NCBI GenBank assembly: GCA_965370555.1
Contig: CBDUVB010000004.1
Span: 15,269 to 79,268, forward strand
Direction of reading: 5' to 3'
DNA from: an uncultured bacterium
GTDB lineage: Bacteria > Bipolaricaulota > Bipolaricaulia > UBA7950 > UBA9294
Length of the DNA stretch: 64,000 bases
This document shows, piece after piece, positions 1 through 8,937 of the stretch. The notes beneath the pieces were generated by a model that ran no database searches, had not been told where the DNA came from, and was given only the letters and a program-made list of their open reading frames with translations. Each line of letters begins with the position of its first letter. Position 1 is the first letter of the stretch. Made by a program: the position numbers and the translations under genes.

Positions 1-1141
1 CGGATTGGCTCTTAGGGAGGATCATGCGTGAGTAGACAGGCTGTGGGAACGCAGGCATCGGGTACGGTTCGCCCTCATGCTGAACAGAGAGGGTGATACC
101 GAGTGGAACGTCCTCTACCTTCCCGATAGCGACGATTGCCCCTGCTTCCGCTTGAGGGATCCGCTTCTGTTTAGTCCCATCGAAAGCGTACAGGTCGCGG
201 ACCTCCACCTTATGATGCCCCTCGGGGAGAATATAGCACGTGTCTCCTTCCTTCAGCGTCCCTTGAAGGACACGAACGTAGGTAAGACGACCGAGGTAAG
301 GATCGCTTGATAGGTTGAAGACAACTGCTTTGCAGGGAGCGCCACTCACTTCGTCAGAGACGGGGACGAGGTTCGCAAAGGCCTCCATCAGCCGATCGAT
401 CCCTTTGTCCTCGCTGGCAGCACCCCATAGGATAGGGATCATCGCTCCGGCAGCGATCCCTTTGGACATCGCGGTGGCAAGCTCAGCGGTGGTGATCTCC
501 TCCTCCTCGAGGAACTTCATCATCAGTTCGTCATCGAGGGTGGAGACCTCTTCCAGCAGGAAACCTCGCCACTCCGCAACCGCAGCCTCCAGTTCGGACG
601 GGATCTCCCTCTTCGATTTATCGGCGAAGTAGAAGGCACGATTCGCCAGCAGGTCCACCACTCCGACAAACTTCCCTCCCTCCCGTATCGGAAGGTCCAA
701 CGGGACAAATTTCCCGTCGAAGGACTCGCGTAGTGAGCCGATAAGTGCCGTGAAATCGACGCCTTCCTTGTCGAGATGGTTGACGAACACAACGGTCGGA
801 CGGTGTGCAGCACCTGTGAGCTCCCACGCCCGTTCCGTCATGACCTCGATCCCCTTCTCTCCGTTGATCACAATCAGGGAGAGATCGCTGACAGGAACAG
901 CTTTATACATCTCCTCGACGAACTCGTCCCCGCCCGGTGTATCGAGTAGCATTACCGGCGTTCCTTTTATCGTGAACGCCCCAAACCCCATATCGATCGA
1001 ATAACCACGCTCCTTCTCCTCCTGAGATGCGTCGAGCGTGATTTGTTCCTTGATACCGCCCTTCCTCAATAGCGAAGTGGCTAGGGTTGTTTTACCGGAA
1101 CCGGAATGCCCCACCAAGCAGATGTTCCTCGCTTGCCCCAT
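1..1141 (-). CDS. EF-G-like translational GTPase, N-terminal ~380 aa (3' end lies beyond the window start)
   Basis: Not in the ORF track because it runs off the window. Manual reverse translation from the ATG (complement of 1139-1141) gives MGQARNICLVGHSGSGKTTLATSLL...DTPGGDEF...VFVNHLDKEG, i.e. G1 (GHSGSGKT), G3 (DTPG) and G4 (NHLD) motifs. An EF-G domain II-like segment follows (LGRLTYVRVLQGTLKEGD). Confidence 0.85.
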   Translation of the reverse strand, partial: MGQARNICLVGHSGSGKTTLATSLLRKGGIKEQITLDASQEEKERGYSIDMGFGAFTIKGTPVMLLDTPGGDEFVEEMYKAVPVSDLSLIVINGEKGIEVMTERAWELTGAAHRPTVVFVNHLDKEGVDFTALIGSLRESFDGKFVPLDLPIREGGKFVGVVDLLANRAFYFADKSKREIPSELEAAVAEWRGFLLEEVSTLDDELMMKFLEEEEITTAELATAMSKGIAAGAMIPILWGAASEDKGIDRLMEAFANLVPVSDEVSGAPCKAVVFNLSSDPYLGRLTYVRVLQGTLKEGDTCYILPEGHHKVEVRDLYAFDGTKQKRIPQAEAGAIVAIGKVEDVPLGITLSVQHEGEPYPMPAFPQPVYSRMILPKSQS

Positions 1142-1247
1142 TGATGATCCCTCCTACGTATGGTTAATAAAGAACTCTCGCGCAGTATACCCATCGTGGC
1201 TGATATTGACAAGATGCTCTAGCGAAAGGCGCTCGCCCCAATGCAGA

Positions 1248-1305
1248 GGGGGAGAGGGGGAGAGGGGGCGGGGGGGGGGCCGGGGGGGCCGCGGGGATGC
1301 GGGGA
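1248..1305 (+). repeat. G-rich tract in the divergent intergenic region, with G5, G5, G5, G10, G7, G4 and G4 runs
   Basis: Read directly: gagggggagagggggagagggggcggggggggggccgggggggccgcggggatgcgggg. The G10 homopolymer is at 1270-1279 and the G7 at 1282-1288. It lies between the EF-G-like start (1141, minus) and the iorA start (1458, plus). Confidence 0.9.
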
Positions 1306-1457
1306 CGCAAAGAAGGTGCGACTCTCCGCGTCCTGTTTCAAGCCCTGGTTGCGCGGCTTTTTCCTGCCGCGTATCCTTTCTACTGGGTTCGTTTCACACA
1401 GGTCTACGAGGAATCCATTCACGCTCCCTTTTCACGATCGACAACCAGGAGGTAACG

Positions 1458-3086
1458 ATGCGAAGTAGAGTGCTTCTGGGAGATGAGGCCCTGGCCCAGG
1501 GGGCAATCGATGCCGGAATCTCCGGCGCCTATGCTTATCCAGGGACCCCTTCCACAGAGATCACTGAGTACATCCAGAGAAGCGAACCCGGACGGAACGG
1601 GAGGATCCACTGCCGTTGGTCGACAAACGAGAAGACCGCGTTGGAGGCAGCGCTCGGGATGAGCTACGCCGGGAAGCGCGCGATGGCGAGCATGAAACAT
1701 GTGGGATTGAATGTCGCTGCCGATCCGTTCATCAACGCGGCGATCGCCGGAGCGAACGGCGGGTTGATCGTGAGCGTCGCCGATGATCCGTCGATGCACT
1801 CCTCGCAGAACGAGCAGGATTCCCGCTTTTACGCCGAGTTTGCCCTCATCCCCTGCATCGAGCCGTCGACCCAACAGGAGGCCTACCAGGCCCCGGAGTA
1901 CGCTTTCGACCTCTCCGAACGCTATCGCGTCCCGGTCATGATCCGGTTGACGACCCGCCTTGCCCACTCGCGAACGGTCGTGAGGCTCGCCTCTCCGAGG
2001 CTCGCCTCTCCTCGCAAACAGAACACAATCTCCCTCCCGCGCGACCCGCGGAAGTACATCCTCCTCCCGGTGAACGCGCGGGTAAACTATCTCGATCTGG
2101 TGAACCGTCAGCCGCAGCTCCTGGCGGAGAGCGAGAAGAGCCCATTCAACACGTACACCGATCGGTCAAACCGGTCGTTGGGGATCATCGCGTGCGGGAT
2201 AGCCTACAATTACGTGATGGAGGTCTACGACGGAGCGTGCCCGCACCCGCTCCTCAAGATCTCCCAGTACCCGGTCCCAGTGAAACAGATCGAACGTCTC
2301 CTTGAAGGGTGCGAGCGAATCCTGATCCTCGAAGAAGGGTACCCCTTCCTCGAGGCGAAACTCCGTGGACTCCCCGGGCGAACGACCCCGGAGATCCGCG
2401 GGCGGATGGACGAGACTCTCCCCCGTACCGGTGAACTCACCCCGGGGATCGTTGCTGCAGCATTAGGATTGGAACAAGGCGAGAGCTTACCCCCCTCCTC
2501 AATTCCAGCCCCGCGCCCTCCGGCCCTCTGCATTGGCTGCCCGCATACCGATACCTATCGTGCGTTGAACGCAGCGATGGAGGGGCACGAGTCAGGGCGC
2601 GTCTTCTCCGATATCGGCTGTTACACCCTGGGTGCTCTTCCCCCACTCGAAGCTGTCCATACCTGTATCGAGATGGGCGCTTCGATCACCATGGCCAAGG
2701 GAGCGTCCAACGCCGGTGTGAGGCCGGTGATCGCGGTGATCGGTGATTCCACCTTCACTCATTCCGGGATGACCGGACTCCTCGACTGCGTGGTGGAAGG
2801 GACTCCAATTACGGTGCTCATCCTTGACAACCTCACTATCGCAATGACCGGGGGGCAGGATTCGAACGCCACAAACAGACTCGCTGCGATCTGTCATGGT
2901 CTGGGAGTCTCGCCCGAGCATACGCAGACAATCGTCCCTCTCCCTGTGGAACATGAGAAGAACGTCGCCATCCTCGCCAAAGAGATCGCCTATGATGGCC
3001 CATCGGTGATCATCGCAGAACGAGAGTGCGTCCAGACGGCGCGCAAACACTCGAAACAGAGTGCTACAGAGGGAGGTACACGATGA
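1458..3086 (+). CDS. iorA: Indolepyruvate:ferredoxin oxidoreductase, alpha subunit
   Basis: In-frame ATG at 1458 inside track ORF 1038..3086, preceded by aggagg. MRSRVLLGDEALAQGAIDAGISGAYAYPGTPSTEITEYIQ is a typical IorA N-terminus. A CIGCPH motif and a TPP-type GDSTFTHSG motif are present. The upstream 140 codons are low-complexity G/R-rich sequence spanning the G tract. Confidence 0.9.
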   Translation: MRSRVLLGDEALAQGAIDAGISGAYAYPGTPSTEITEYIQRSEPGRNGRIHCRWSTNEKTALEAALGMSYAGKRAMASMKHVGLNVAADPFINAAIAGANGGLIVSVADDPSMHSSQNEQDSRFYAEFALIPCIEPSTQQEAYQAPEYAFDLSERYRVPVMIRLTTRLAHSRTVVRLASPRLASPRKQNTISLPRDPRKYILLPVNARVNYLDLVNRQPQLLAESEKSPFNTYTDRSNRSLGIIACGIAYNYVMEVYDGACPHPLLKISQYPVPVKQIERLLEGCERILILEEGYPFLEAKLRGLPGRTTPEIRGRMDETLPRTGELTPGIVAAALGLEQGESLPPSSIPAPRPPALCIGCPHTDTYRALNAAMEGHESGRVFSDIGCYTLGALPPLEAVHTCIEMGASITMAKGASNAGVRPVIAVIGDSTFTHSGMTGLLDCVVEGTPITVLILDNLTIAMTGGQDSNATNRLAAICHGLGVSPEHTQTIVPLPVEHEKNVAILAKEIAYDGPSVIIAERECVQTARKHSKQSATEGGTR

Positions 3087-3670
3087 AGAAAGACATCATC
3101 CTCGCCGGAGTCGGCGGCCAGGGACTCCTCTCGATCGCTGCGGTGATCGCGCAAGCGACTCACGCCCTCAACATCAACATGAAACAAGCTGAAGTACACG
3201 GGATGGCGCAGCGCGGTGGTGTTGTTCAAGCTCATGTCCGCCTCTCGGATCGACCGATCCACTCCGATCTCATTCGAGAAGGGACCGCCGATCTCATCCT
3301 CGCCACCGAACCGATGGAGGCACTGCGCTACCTTCCGTTTCTTACACCAGCAGGGATGATCGTTGCAAACTCCGTTCCATTCAAGAATATCGAGTCTTAC
3401 CCCGAAGAGAAGGCACTACGCGCAGAGATTGAGGCACTCCCACACCATATGCTGCTCGATGCCGTTGCTCTTGCTAAAGATGCCGGTTCGATCCGCTGTG
3501 CGAACATGGTCGTCTTAGGAGCGGGAGCGCCCTTCCTCGGCATCCCCGCAGAAGCGCTGAGAGAAGCGATCGCCCATGTCTTCCACGGGAAGGCTTCAGA
3601 GGTAATAGAGACGAACCGCAGAGGATTCGACCTGGGCCTCAAACGGGGGGTAACAGGATTGAATGATTGA
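3083..3670 (+). CDS. iorB: Indolepyruvate:ferredoxin oxidoreductase, beta subunit
   Basis: MKKDIILAGVGGQGLLSIAAVIAQA...EVHGMAQRGGVV is the hallmark of IorB/2-oxoacid oxidoreductase gamma-type proteins. ATGA start/stop overlap with iorA (3083-3086). Confidence 0.9.
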   Translation: MKKDIILAGVGGQGLLSIAAVIAQATHALNINMKQAEVHGMAQRGGVVQAHVRLSDRPIHSDLIREGTADLILATEPMEALRYLPFLTPAGMIVANSVPFKNIESYPEEKALRAEIEALPHHMLLDAVALAKDAGSIRCANMVVLGAGAPFLGIPAEALREAIAHVFHGKASEVIETNRRGFDLGLKRGVTGLND

Positions 3671-3712
3671 GCGAGTGAATGATTGAGTGATTGAACCTCT
3701 TGAGCGAGTGAT
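3657..3712 (+). repeat. 8-nt-period tandem repeat element, copy 1 (gattgaat gattgagc gagtgaat gattgagt gattgaac plus a degenerate tail)
   Basis: Five contiguous 8-mers of consensus GATTGA(A/G)T at 3657-3696. The iorB stop codon (3668-3670) lies inside the repeat. Related copies are at 24333-24372 and 27713-27760 in the same orientation relative to the upstream gene. Confidence 0.85.
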
Positions 3713-3759
3713 AACGAGTTCCCCGCGTCTCCGTGTCTCCCTTTCTCCTCCCGGGCGCT

Positions 3760-4077
3760 CTACGCCGCTTTCCCTCCGTGACGATAGGGTCGGCTTTCGT
3801 TGTAGGCCATCTTCGCCGAGAGTGCTCCCTCTATATCGAGCCCGGTCCCACCGGCGAAATCAAGGAGGCGAATGATCACATCGACGAGTTCTTCCTCCAT
3901 CTTGGAGAAGCCGGGGATCTTCTCGCTTTCGGGGTTCCCGTCCCGGTAGGCTTCCATCGCCTCGGCAAGTTCCGTCACCATCAGCATCAACACCTCGCCG
4001 GTCGGGCGAGGCGACTCCCACCATCCGTGCTCGATTGCGGTCCGATGCACTGTCTCCTGAATTTCTGAGATTTTCAT
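3760..4077 (-). CDS. MazG-like nucleotide pyrophosphohydrolase domain protein
   Basis: Internal ATG at 4077 with an upstream aaggag. MKISEIQETVHRTAIEHGWWE...LMLMVTELAEAMEAYR...EELVDVIIRLLD matches the all-alpha MazG/NTP-PPase pattern (E-x2-E and EE-x2-D). Confidence 0.75.
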   Translation of the reverse strand: MKISEIQETVHRTAIEHGWWESPRPTGEVLMLMVTELAEAMEAYRDGNPESEKIPGFSKMEEELVDVIIRLLDFAGGTGLDIEGALSAKMAYNESRPYRHGGKAA

Positions 4078-4220
4078 TCTAAATATTGACACTCCTTTCT
4101 CGATTCGACTCTGGGAGAGAGTAGCGCCCCACACCGCGCACGACAAGGATCGGGTTTGCCAACCCGCGAGCGATGCGATAGGCTCTTTACACAAGACTGA
4201 AGCTCCAATGGAGGGAGACA

Positions 4221-5129
4221 ATGCAATTCAGAAAATGGTCTATTGTTCTTGTTCTTGGGTTTTCCCTTTCCGCGCTTTGCGGAGGAGTGCTATTCGCGGA
4301 TGACGCTCTCCCGAACGCACCTCTGCACATCGGGATCTTCGCCGATCTCCACGCGCACGACACCGACTCACCCAACGAAAAGAAGGTGATGATCGACTAC
4401 AAGGAGCGCCTGGAGGCATGCGTAGAGGCAATGAACGCCTGGCCGGCCGATCTTGTGATCCAACTCGGGGACTTCGTCAACGGGAAGTTCGTCATGGGAG
4501 CAGAACTGGGCGATCCGGCGCGGATCACGGGAATCCTCGAAGAGACCGAGGCGATCTACACACAAGTGAATGCACCTCGCTATTACGTCCTTGGGAATCA
4601 CGACGTTTACGACCTCTCCAAGGAAGAATTCCTCGACAGGGTAGGAGCCTCTTCCCTTTACCTGAGCTTCGATGCGGGAGGCTATCACATCGTGATCCTC
4701 GACGCTCAGTACAACAAGAAAGGAGAAGATCTCGGCCACATCGGGTGGAGCGTACAGGGGAACATCCCGCAGGATGAACTCGACTGGCTACGTGACGACC
4801 TCGCTGCAACCAGCAAACCAACAATCGTCTGCGTGCACCAGCCCCTCGATGTCGACTTCGACATGCTCTCCGGCGGTCCGGAGATCTTCAATAACGAAGC
4901 GGTGAAAACGGTCCTTGAAGAATCCGGGGTGGTCATCGCCGTCTTCCAGGGGCACGACCATGAGAACAACTACACCCTGATCAACGGGATCCACTACCTC
5001 ACCTTCGAAGCACTCGTCAACGAGGAGGAGAGGGCGCCATCGTGGGCGTACGTCACCCTCGACCCGGCAGCACGAACGATCACGATAACGGGAGAAGGTG
5101 AACAAGCGGATTGGGAGCTGCAGTACTAA
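4221..5129 (+). CDS. Secreted calcineurin-like metallophosphoesterase
   Basis: N-terminal signal peptide (MQFRKWSIVLVLGFSLSALCGG). Motifs DLH, GDFVNG, GNHD, VHQP and GHDHEN are present. Confidence 0.85.
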   Translation: MQFRKWSIVLVLGFSLSALCGGVLFADDALPNAPLHIGIFADLHAHDTDSPNEKKVMIDYKERLEACVEAMNAWPADLVIQLGDFVNGKFVMGAELGDPARITGILEETEAIYTQVNAPRYYVLGNHDVYDLSKEEFLDRVGASSLYLSFDAGGYHIVILDAQYNKKGEDLGHIGWSVQGNIPQDELDWLRDDLAATSKPTIVCVHQPLDVDFDMLSGGPEIFNNEAVKTVLEESGVVIAVFQGHDHENNYTLINGIHYLTFEALVNEEERAPSWAYVTLDPAARTITITGEGEQADWELQY

Positions 5130-5145
5130 GAACAAGGAGGAGAAG

Positions 5146-5436
5146 ATGATCGTCGATTTCTCCATCGCGCCGGTGGGGACGGGAGAGAGCCTGAGCGCCT
5201 ACGTCGCTGAGGTGTTCAAGATCATCGAGAAGAGCGGCCTTCCCTACGAGCATCATTCGATGGGGACGAACATCGAGGGCGATTGGGATGAGGTGATGGC
5301 CGTGATCAAGACCTGCCGCGATAGGATGCTAGAGCAGGCAAACCGTGTCTCAATCTCGATCAAGATCGACGACCGCGTAGGCGTCACCGACGGCATCGCC
5401 CGCAAGGTAGCCTCGGCCAAGACGAAGATGTCTTGA
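5146..5436 (+). CDS. MTH1187/YkoF-family (DUF77) thiamine-binding-like protein
   Basis: ATG at 5146 preceded by aggagg. MIVDFSIAPVGTGESLSAYVAEV...HSMGTNIEGDWDEVM is the typical family signature. Confidence 0.8.
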   Translation: MIVDFSIAPVGTGESLSAYVAEVFKIIEKSGLPYEHHSMGTNIEGDWDEVMAVIKTCRDRMLEQANRVSISIKIDDRVGVTDGIARKVASAKTKMS

Positions 5437-5568
5437 CGCTTCGATGAAGATCCACGTCGGCTGTTGCGATCGAAGCTACCTCCGACCAGCAAGGAGATCC
5501 TGAAAAGCGGAAGAGAGCCCCCTTGAGACCGGGCACGCTGATCCCGATCATTGCTCCGACACACCGCT

Positions 5569-7173
5569 TTAGATAAGCAACACATCCCCGGCAATGTTCA
5601 CCGCGTGATCGCCGATCCGTTCGAGGTTGCGCAGCACCTCAACATACAGGATCCCAACAGAGGGATCACAGACCCCTTCCTCAACACGCTCGATGTGACT
5701 CTCCTTGTAGCGAATCTCGAGATGGTCGATCTCCCGTTCCAACTCGAGCACCTCCTCCGCCGAGGAATGATCCTCCCCCTCAAGTGCCTGCAGGGAAAGA
5801 CGATAGAGGCGTAGCGCCTTATCGAACATGTCTGAAAGGTCACGCCGCGCCGCGTGTGAGAAGGTCACCTTCCGATCGAGAGCCACTTCGGCTCGCTCGG
5901 CGATGTTCACCGCGTGATCACCGACCCGCTCTATATCACCGGTGACATGCTGTAAAACATGCAACCGCTTCGCATCGCGGAGGGAGAGCTTTCCAAGATC
6001 GATCTGGTCGAGAAAGTCTCCGATTGTTCGCCACAGTACATCCACCACCTCCTCGGTCTCGATCACAGTCGCAACGTGCGTGCGGTCACCGGAGAGGAGC
6101 GCGTCGCGACAGGCAGAGAGCATAACGCTCGTCATCTCTCCCATCCGCAACACTTCGTTTCGTGCCTGCGTGACCGCGATCGCTGGTGCGTTTAAAAACT
6201 CGTCGCCGAGGTACCGCGGTGCGGTATCGACCTGTACTTCTCTCCCGGGGACAACCTTTTTTGCTAACCAGACGAGTCCTCCTACACACGGCAACAAAAG
6301 GAGTGTCACCGTTACGTTGAAGAAGGTGTGAGCGTTTGCGATCTGGCGGGTGAGGCTCCCCGCTGTCCGCGCAACCAGGTCAGCGTAGTGGGGGACAAAG
6401 GGAAGTAAAACCGCCACTCCGAGGACGTTCACCAGTACCTGCGCGACCGCCAACCGCCGCGAGGAGAGAGACGAGCCGACCGAGGCGATCATCCCGGTGA
6501 CCGTGGTCCCGATGTTCGCTCCCAGGATGAGACTGATCGCTGCAGGGAGGGTGAGGAGCCCCGCACTCCCCATGGCGATCACCATCGCGGTCATCGCTGA
6601 GGAGCTCTGAATAATCGCTGTCACCCCCGCTCCGACCAATACACCGAGGAAGACATTCGTGCCACAGGAGTGCAGGAGGTGGAGGACAGTGGGAGATTCG
6701 GAAAGCCCGCGCAGGCCACCTGAAATGATGCTCATCCCTAAGAAGAGGATTCCAAACCCAAGGATGATGCGGCCAACATCACCGGTCCTCTTCCCGCGGA
6801 AGATCTCTGCCAGGATGAACCCGACAGCGATCACCGGAAGGTAGTAATGCCCAATCTTGAACGCGATGATTTGGGCGGTAAGGGTCGTTCCAATCTCCGA
6901 GCCGAGCATCACCCCCACCCCTTGCGAGAGGGTGAGCACTCCGGCGTTGATGAGCCCGATCAGAAGGACCATTGTCATGCTGCTCGATTGTAGGATTCCG
7001 GAAGTGAGCGCCCCAACGATCGCCCCGCGGTAGGCCCTCCCGGTGAGCCGTTCGAGAAGCTCGCGCATCCGTTCACCGATCGCGCGCTTGAGCGCATCGC
7101 TCAAGATCCGCAATCCATACAGAAAGAGTGCCAATCCACCCGCTGTGGAAAAAATCACATTAAAGACTGACAT
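5569..7173 (-). CDS. Na/Pi cotransporter family protein with C-terminal PhoU-like repeats
   Basis: Multi-TM N-terminal half (ALTSGILQSSSMT..., IIQSSSAMTAMV) and two PhoU-type repeats (ERVGDHAVNIAE, ERIGDHAVNIAG). I prefer the ATG at 7173 because gaggagg lies 4-5 nt upstream. The track start is 7194. Confidence 0.9.
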   Translation of the reverse strand: MSVFNVIFSTAGGLALFLYGLRILSDALKRAIGERMRELLERLTGRAYRGAIVGALTSGILQSSSMTMVLLIGLINAGVLTLSQGVGVMLGSEIGTTLTAQIIAFKIGHYYLPVIAVGFILAEIFRGKRTGDVGRIILGFGILFLGMSIISGGLRGLSESPTVLHLLHSCGTNVFLGVLVGAGVTAIIQSSSAMTAMVIAMGSAGLLTLPAAISLILGANIGTTVTGMIASVGSSLSSRRLAVAQVLVNVLGVAVLLPFVPHYADLVARTAGSLTRQIANAHTFFNVTVTLLLLPCVGGLVWLAKKVVPGREVQVDTAPRYLGDEFLNAPAIAVTQARNEVLRMGEMTSVMLSACRDALLSGDRTHVATVIETEEVVDVLWRTIGDFLDQIDLGKLSLRDAKRLHVLQHVTGDIERVGDHAVNIAERAEVALDRKVTFSHAARRDLSDMFDKALRLYRLSLQALEGEDHSSAEEVLELEREIDHLEIRYKESHIERVEEGVCDPSVGILYVEVLRNLERIGDHAVNIAGDVLLI

Positions 7174-7310
7174 ACCCCTCCTCGACAATACCATTCCCGC
7201 GAATAAAGATTTTCAAGAAAGTATATACTTCCGCTCTAATAATGCAAAGTACTCCGTGAAGGAGAGAAGCCGGATTTGCGATTTTCGATCGCTTCTTGGA
7301 AGATGAAGGC

Positions 7311-8324
7311 ATGGATTACAGATGGATCAGAGAACTCCCGAAGTTCGACCTGCACGTCCACCTCGATGGTTCGATGCGCCCAAGCACGGTGAGGGAGCTC
7401 GTGCGCGCGCTTCCAGAGGATAGAAAGCTTGCCACAACGCTCGATATCGAGCGAGCGCTCTTTCCGCCACAGAGATGTACGCTTGAGGAGTACTTGAAGG
7501 CCTTCGAGATCACCGTCGCCGTGCTACAGAGTAAAGCTGCGCTCGAACGAGCGGCCTACGAGCTGTGCGAGGACGCAGCTAAAGAGAACGTCATCTACAT
7601 GGAGATCCGCTTCGCTCCGCTACTTCACCTGCGAGACAGACTAGAGCCGCAGCAAGTGGTCGAGGCAGTCCTTGCTGGAATGCATCGGGCAGAGAGCACT
7701 TATCCGATCCGTACTGGGTTGATCCTCTGCGGGATGAAGCAGGAACCGCCCGCCCGTTCGATCCAGACAGCGCAACTCGCCGCAGAGTACTTGGAGAAAG
7801 GGGTGGTCGGGTTCGATCTCGCTGGTCCGGAGAACGGATTCCCGCCGTCACTTCACCGCGAGGCGATCGAGATCGCCAAGCAGGCGGGGCTCCACGTGAC
7901 GATCCATGCTGGTGAGGGCTGCTGCCCCGAGCAGATCAAGGAAGCGATCGATCTTGGCGCCGAGCGGATCGGCCACGGTGTATACCTCTACCAGGACGAA
8001 GCGACCGAACGTGTTGTTGTGGAAAAGGGAATCCCACTCGAAATTTGCCCGACGAGCAACCTGCAGATCTCAGGGCTGATGAACTCCTACGCCGAGCACC
8101 CGCTGAAACGCTACCTCGACCGTGGTATCCGCGTGACCATAAACACTGACAACCGATTGATGTCGCGGATCGACGTCACCCATGAATTCGAAAAGATCAT
8201 CGAAACCTTCTCCCTATCGCGAGACCAGGTCAAGAGAATCCTCCTGAACAGCGCCAACGCCGCGTTCGCACCGGAAGAGGTAAGGAATTCACTTCGCACA
8301 GAAGTGGAAGAAGCCTTCTCCTAA
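7311..8324 (+). CDS. add: Adenosine deaminase
   Basis: LPKFDLHVHLDGS, TIHAGE and NTDN motifs. First ATG at 7311; the track start at 7296 is a TTG. Confidence 0.9.
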   Translation: MDYRWIRELPKFDLHVHLDGSMRPSTVRELVRALPEDRKLATTLDIERALFPPQRCTLEEYLKAFEITVAVLQSKAALERAAYELCEDAAKENVIYMEIRFAPLLHLRDRLEPQQVVEAVLAGMHRAESTYPIRTGLILCGMKQEPPARSIQTAQLAAEYLEKGVVGFDLAGPENGFPPSLHREAIEIAKQAGLHVTIHAGEGCCPEQIKEAIDLGAERIGHGVYLYQDEATERVVVEKGIPLEICPTSNLQISGLMNSYAEHPLKRYLDRGIRVTINTDNRLMSRIDVTHEFEKIIETFSLSRDQVKRILLNSANAAFAPEEVRNSLRTEVEEAFS

Positions 8325-8509
8325 CCTGGTTAAACAAGTCTCCAAAGTGAGAACTCAGAGTACGTGGTGAATTCTTTCTGACCTCCGGTCTTGCTTCGCA
8401 ACCGGCATCCGTTCCGTGCGAACCAAAATTAGAAGTCACTACCCACTCCTGCCTGCAGCAGGCAGGCGAAACAACAAGGAACCCGTTTTCTTGAAGGCAA
8501 TACTCGTGC

Positions 8510-8539
8510 TTGCAAAGGGATGCACGCTAGTGGTATAAT
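8510..8539 (+). promoter_or_regulatory. Sigma70-like promoter for the DUF5320 gene (TTGCAA-18 nt-TATAAT with TGg extension)
   Basis: ttgcaa at 8510-8515 and tataat at 8534-8539. aaggagg follows, then the ATG at 8578. Confidence 0.5.
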
Positions 8540-8577
8540 GTGCATATGCAAATAAAAAGCCACCAAAAAGGAGGCCT

Positions 8578-8928
8578 ATGATGCCAAGAGGAGATCGAAC
8601 AGGACCCGGAGGAATGGGACCGATGACCGGACGTGGTGCGGGTTACTGCAGTGGAAGTTCCGTGCCGGGATTCATGAACAGTTGGGGCGGACGTGGGGGA
8701 GGATATGGACGCGGTTTCGGCCTTGGCCAAGGCCGCGGAATGGGACGTGGTTTTGGTTGGTATCAAGGCAGCGCACCGATGTATGCACCTCCAGCCTACG
8801 GTAGCATTCCCACAGTTGACCCGCAGGTTCAGGCGAGCATGTTGCGTACTCAAGCCGAGGACCTCAAAGCACAGCTCAGCTCAATTGAACGTGAGATCGA
8901 GAAGCTAGGATCTTCCAAGGAAGATTAA
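8578..8928 (+). CDS. DUF5320-like glycine/arginine-rich protein with C-terminal coiled coil
   Basis: MMPRGDRTGPGGMGPMTGRGAGYC... matches, from memory, the N-terminus characteristic of DUF5320 proteins. The C-terminus is a short coiled coil (AEDLKAQLSSIEREIEKL). Confidence 0.7.
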   Translation: MMPRGDRTGPGGMGPMTGRGAGYCSGSSVPGFMNSWGGRGGGYGRGFGLGQGRGMGRGFGWYQGSAPMYAPPAYGSIPTVDPQVQASMLRTQAEDLKAQLSSIEREIEKLGSSKED

Positions 8929-8937
8929 CTCGAGATT

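Noticed and set aside
1038-1457. N-terminal 140-codon extension of the iorA ORF (track ORF 1038..3086), and the small ORFs 1219..1422 and 1241..1468
   Set aside because: The extension is Gly/Arg/Pro-rich low-complexity sequence produced by reading through the G tract, and it overlaps the divergent EF-G-like gene start. A canonical IorA N-terminus begins at the ATG at 1458, which has an aggagg RBS.
3657-3712. The 8-mer tandem repeats as a CRISPR array (also 24333-24372 and 27713-27760)
   Set aside because: The units are only 8 nt long and contiguous, with no spacers. No cas genes are in the window. The copies are each 40-56 nt long.
8448-8466. Palindrome cctgcctgc-a-gcaggcagg downstream of add as an intrinsic terminator
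   Set aside because: The stem is plausible, but the loop would be minimal and no T tract follows. It sits 120 nt after the stop. That is insufficient for a terminator call.
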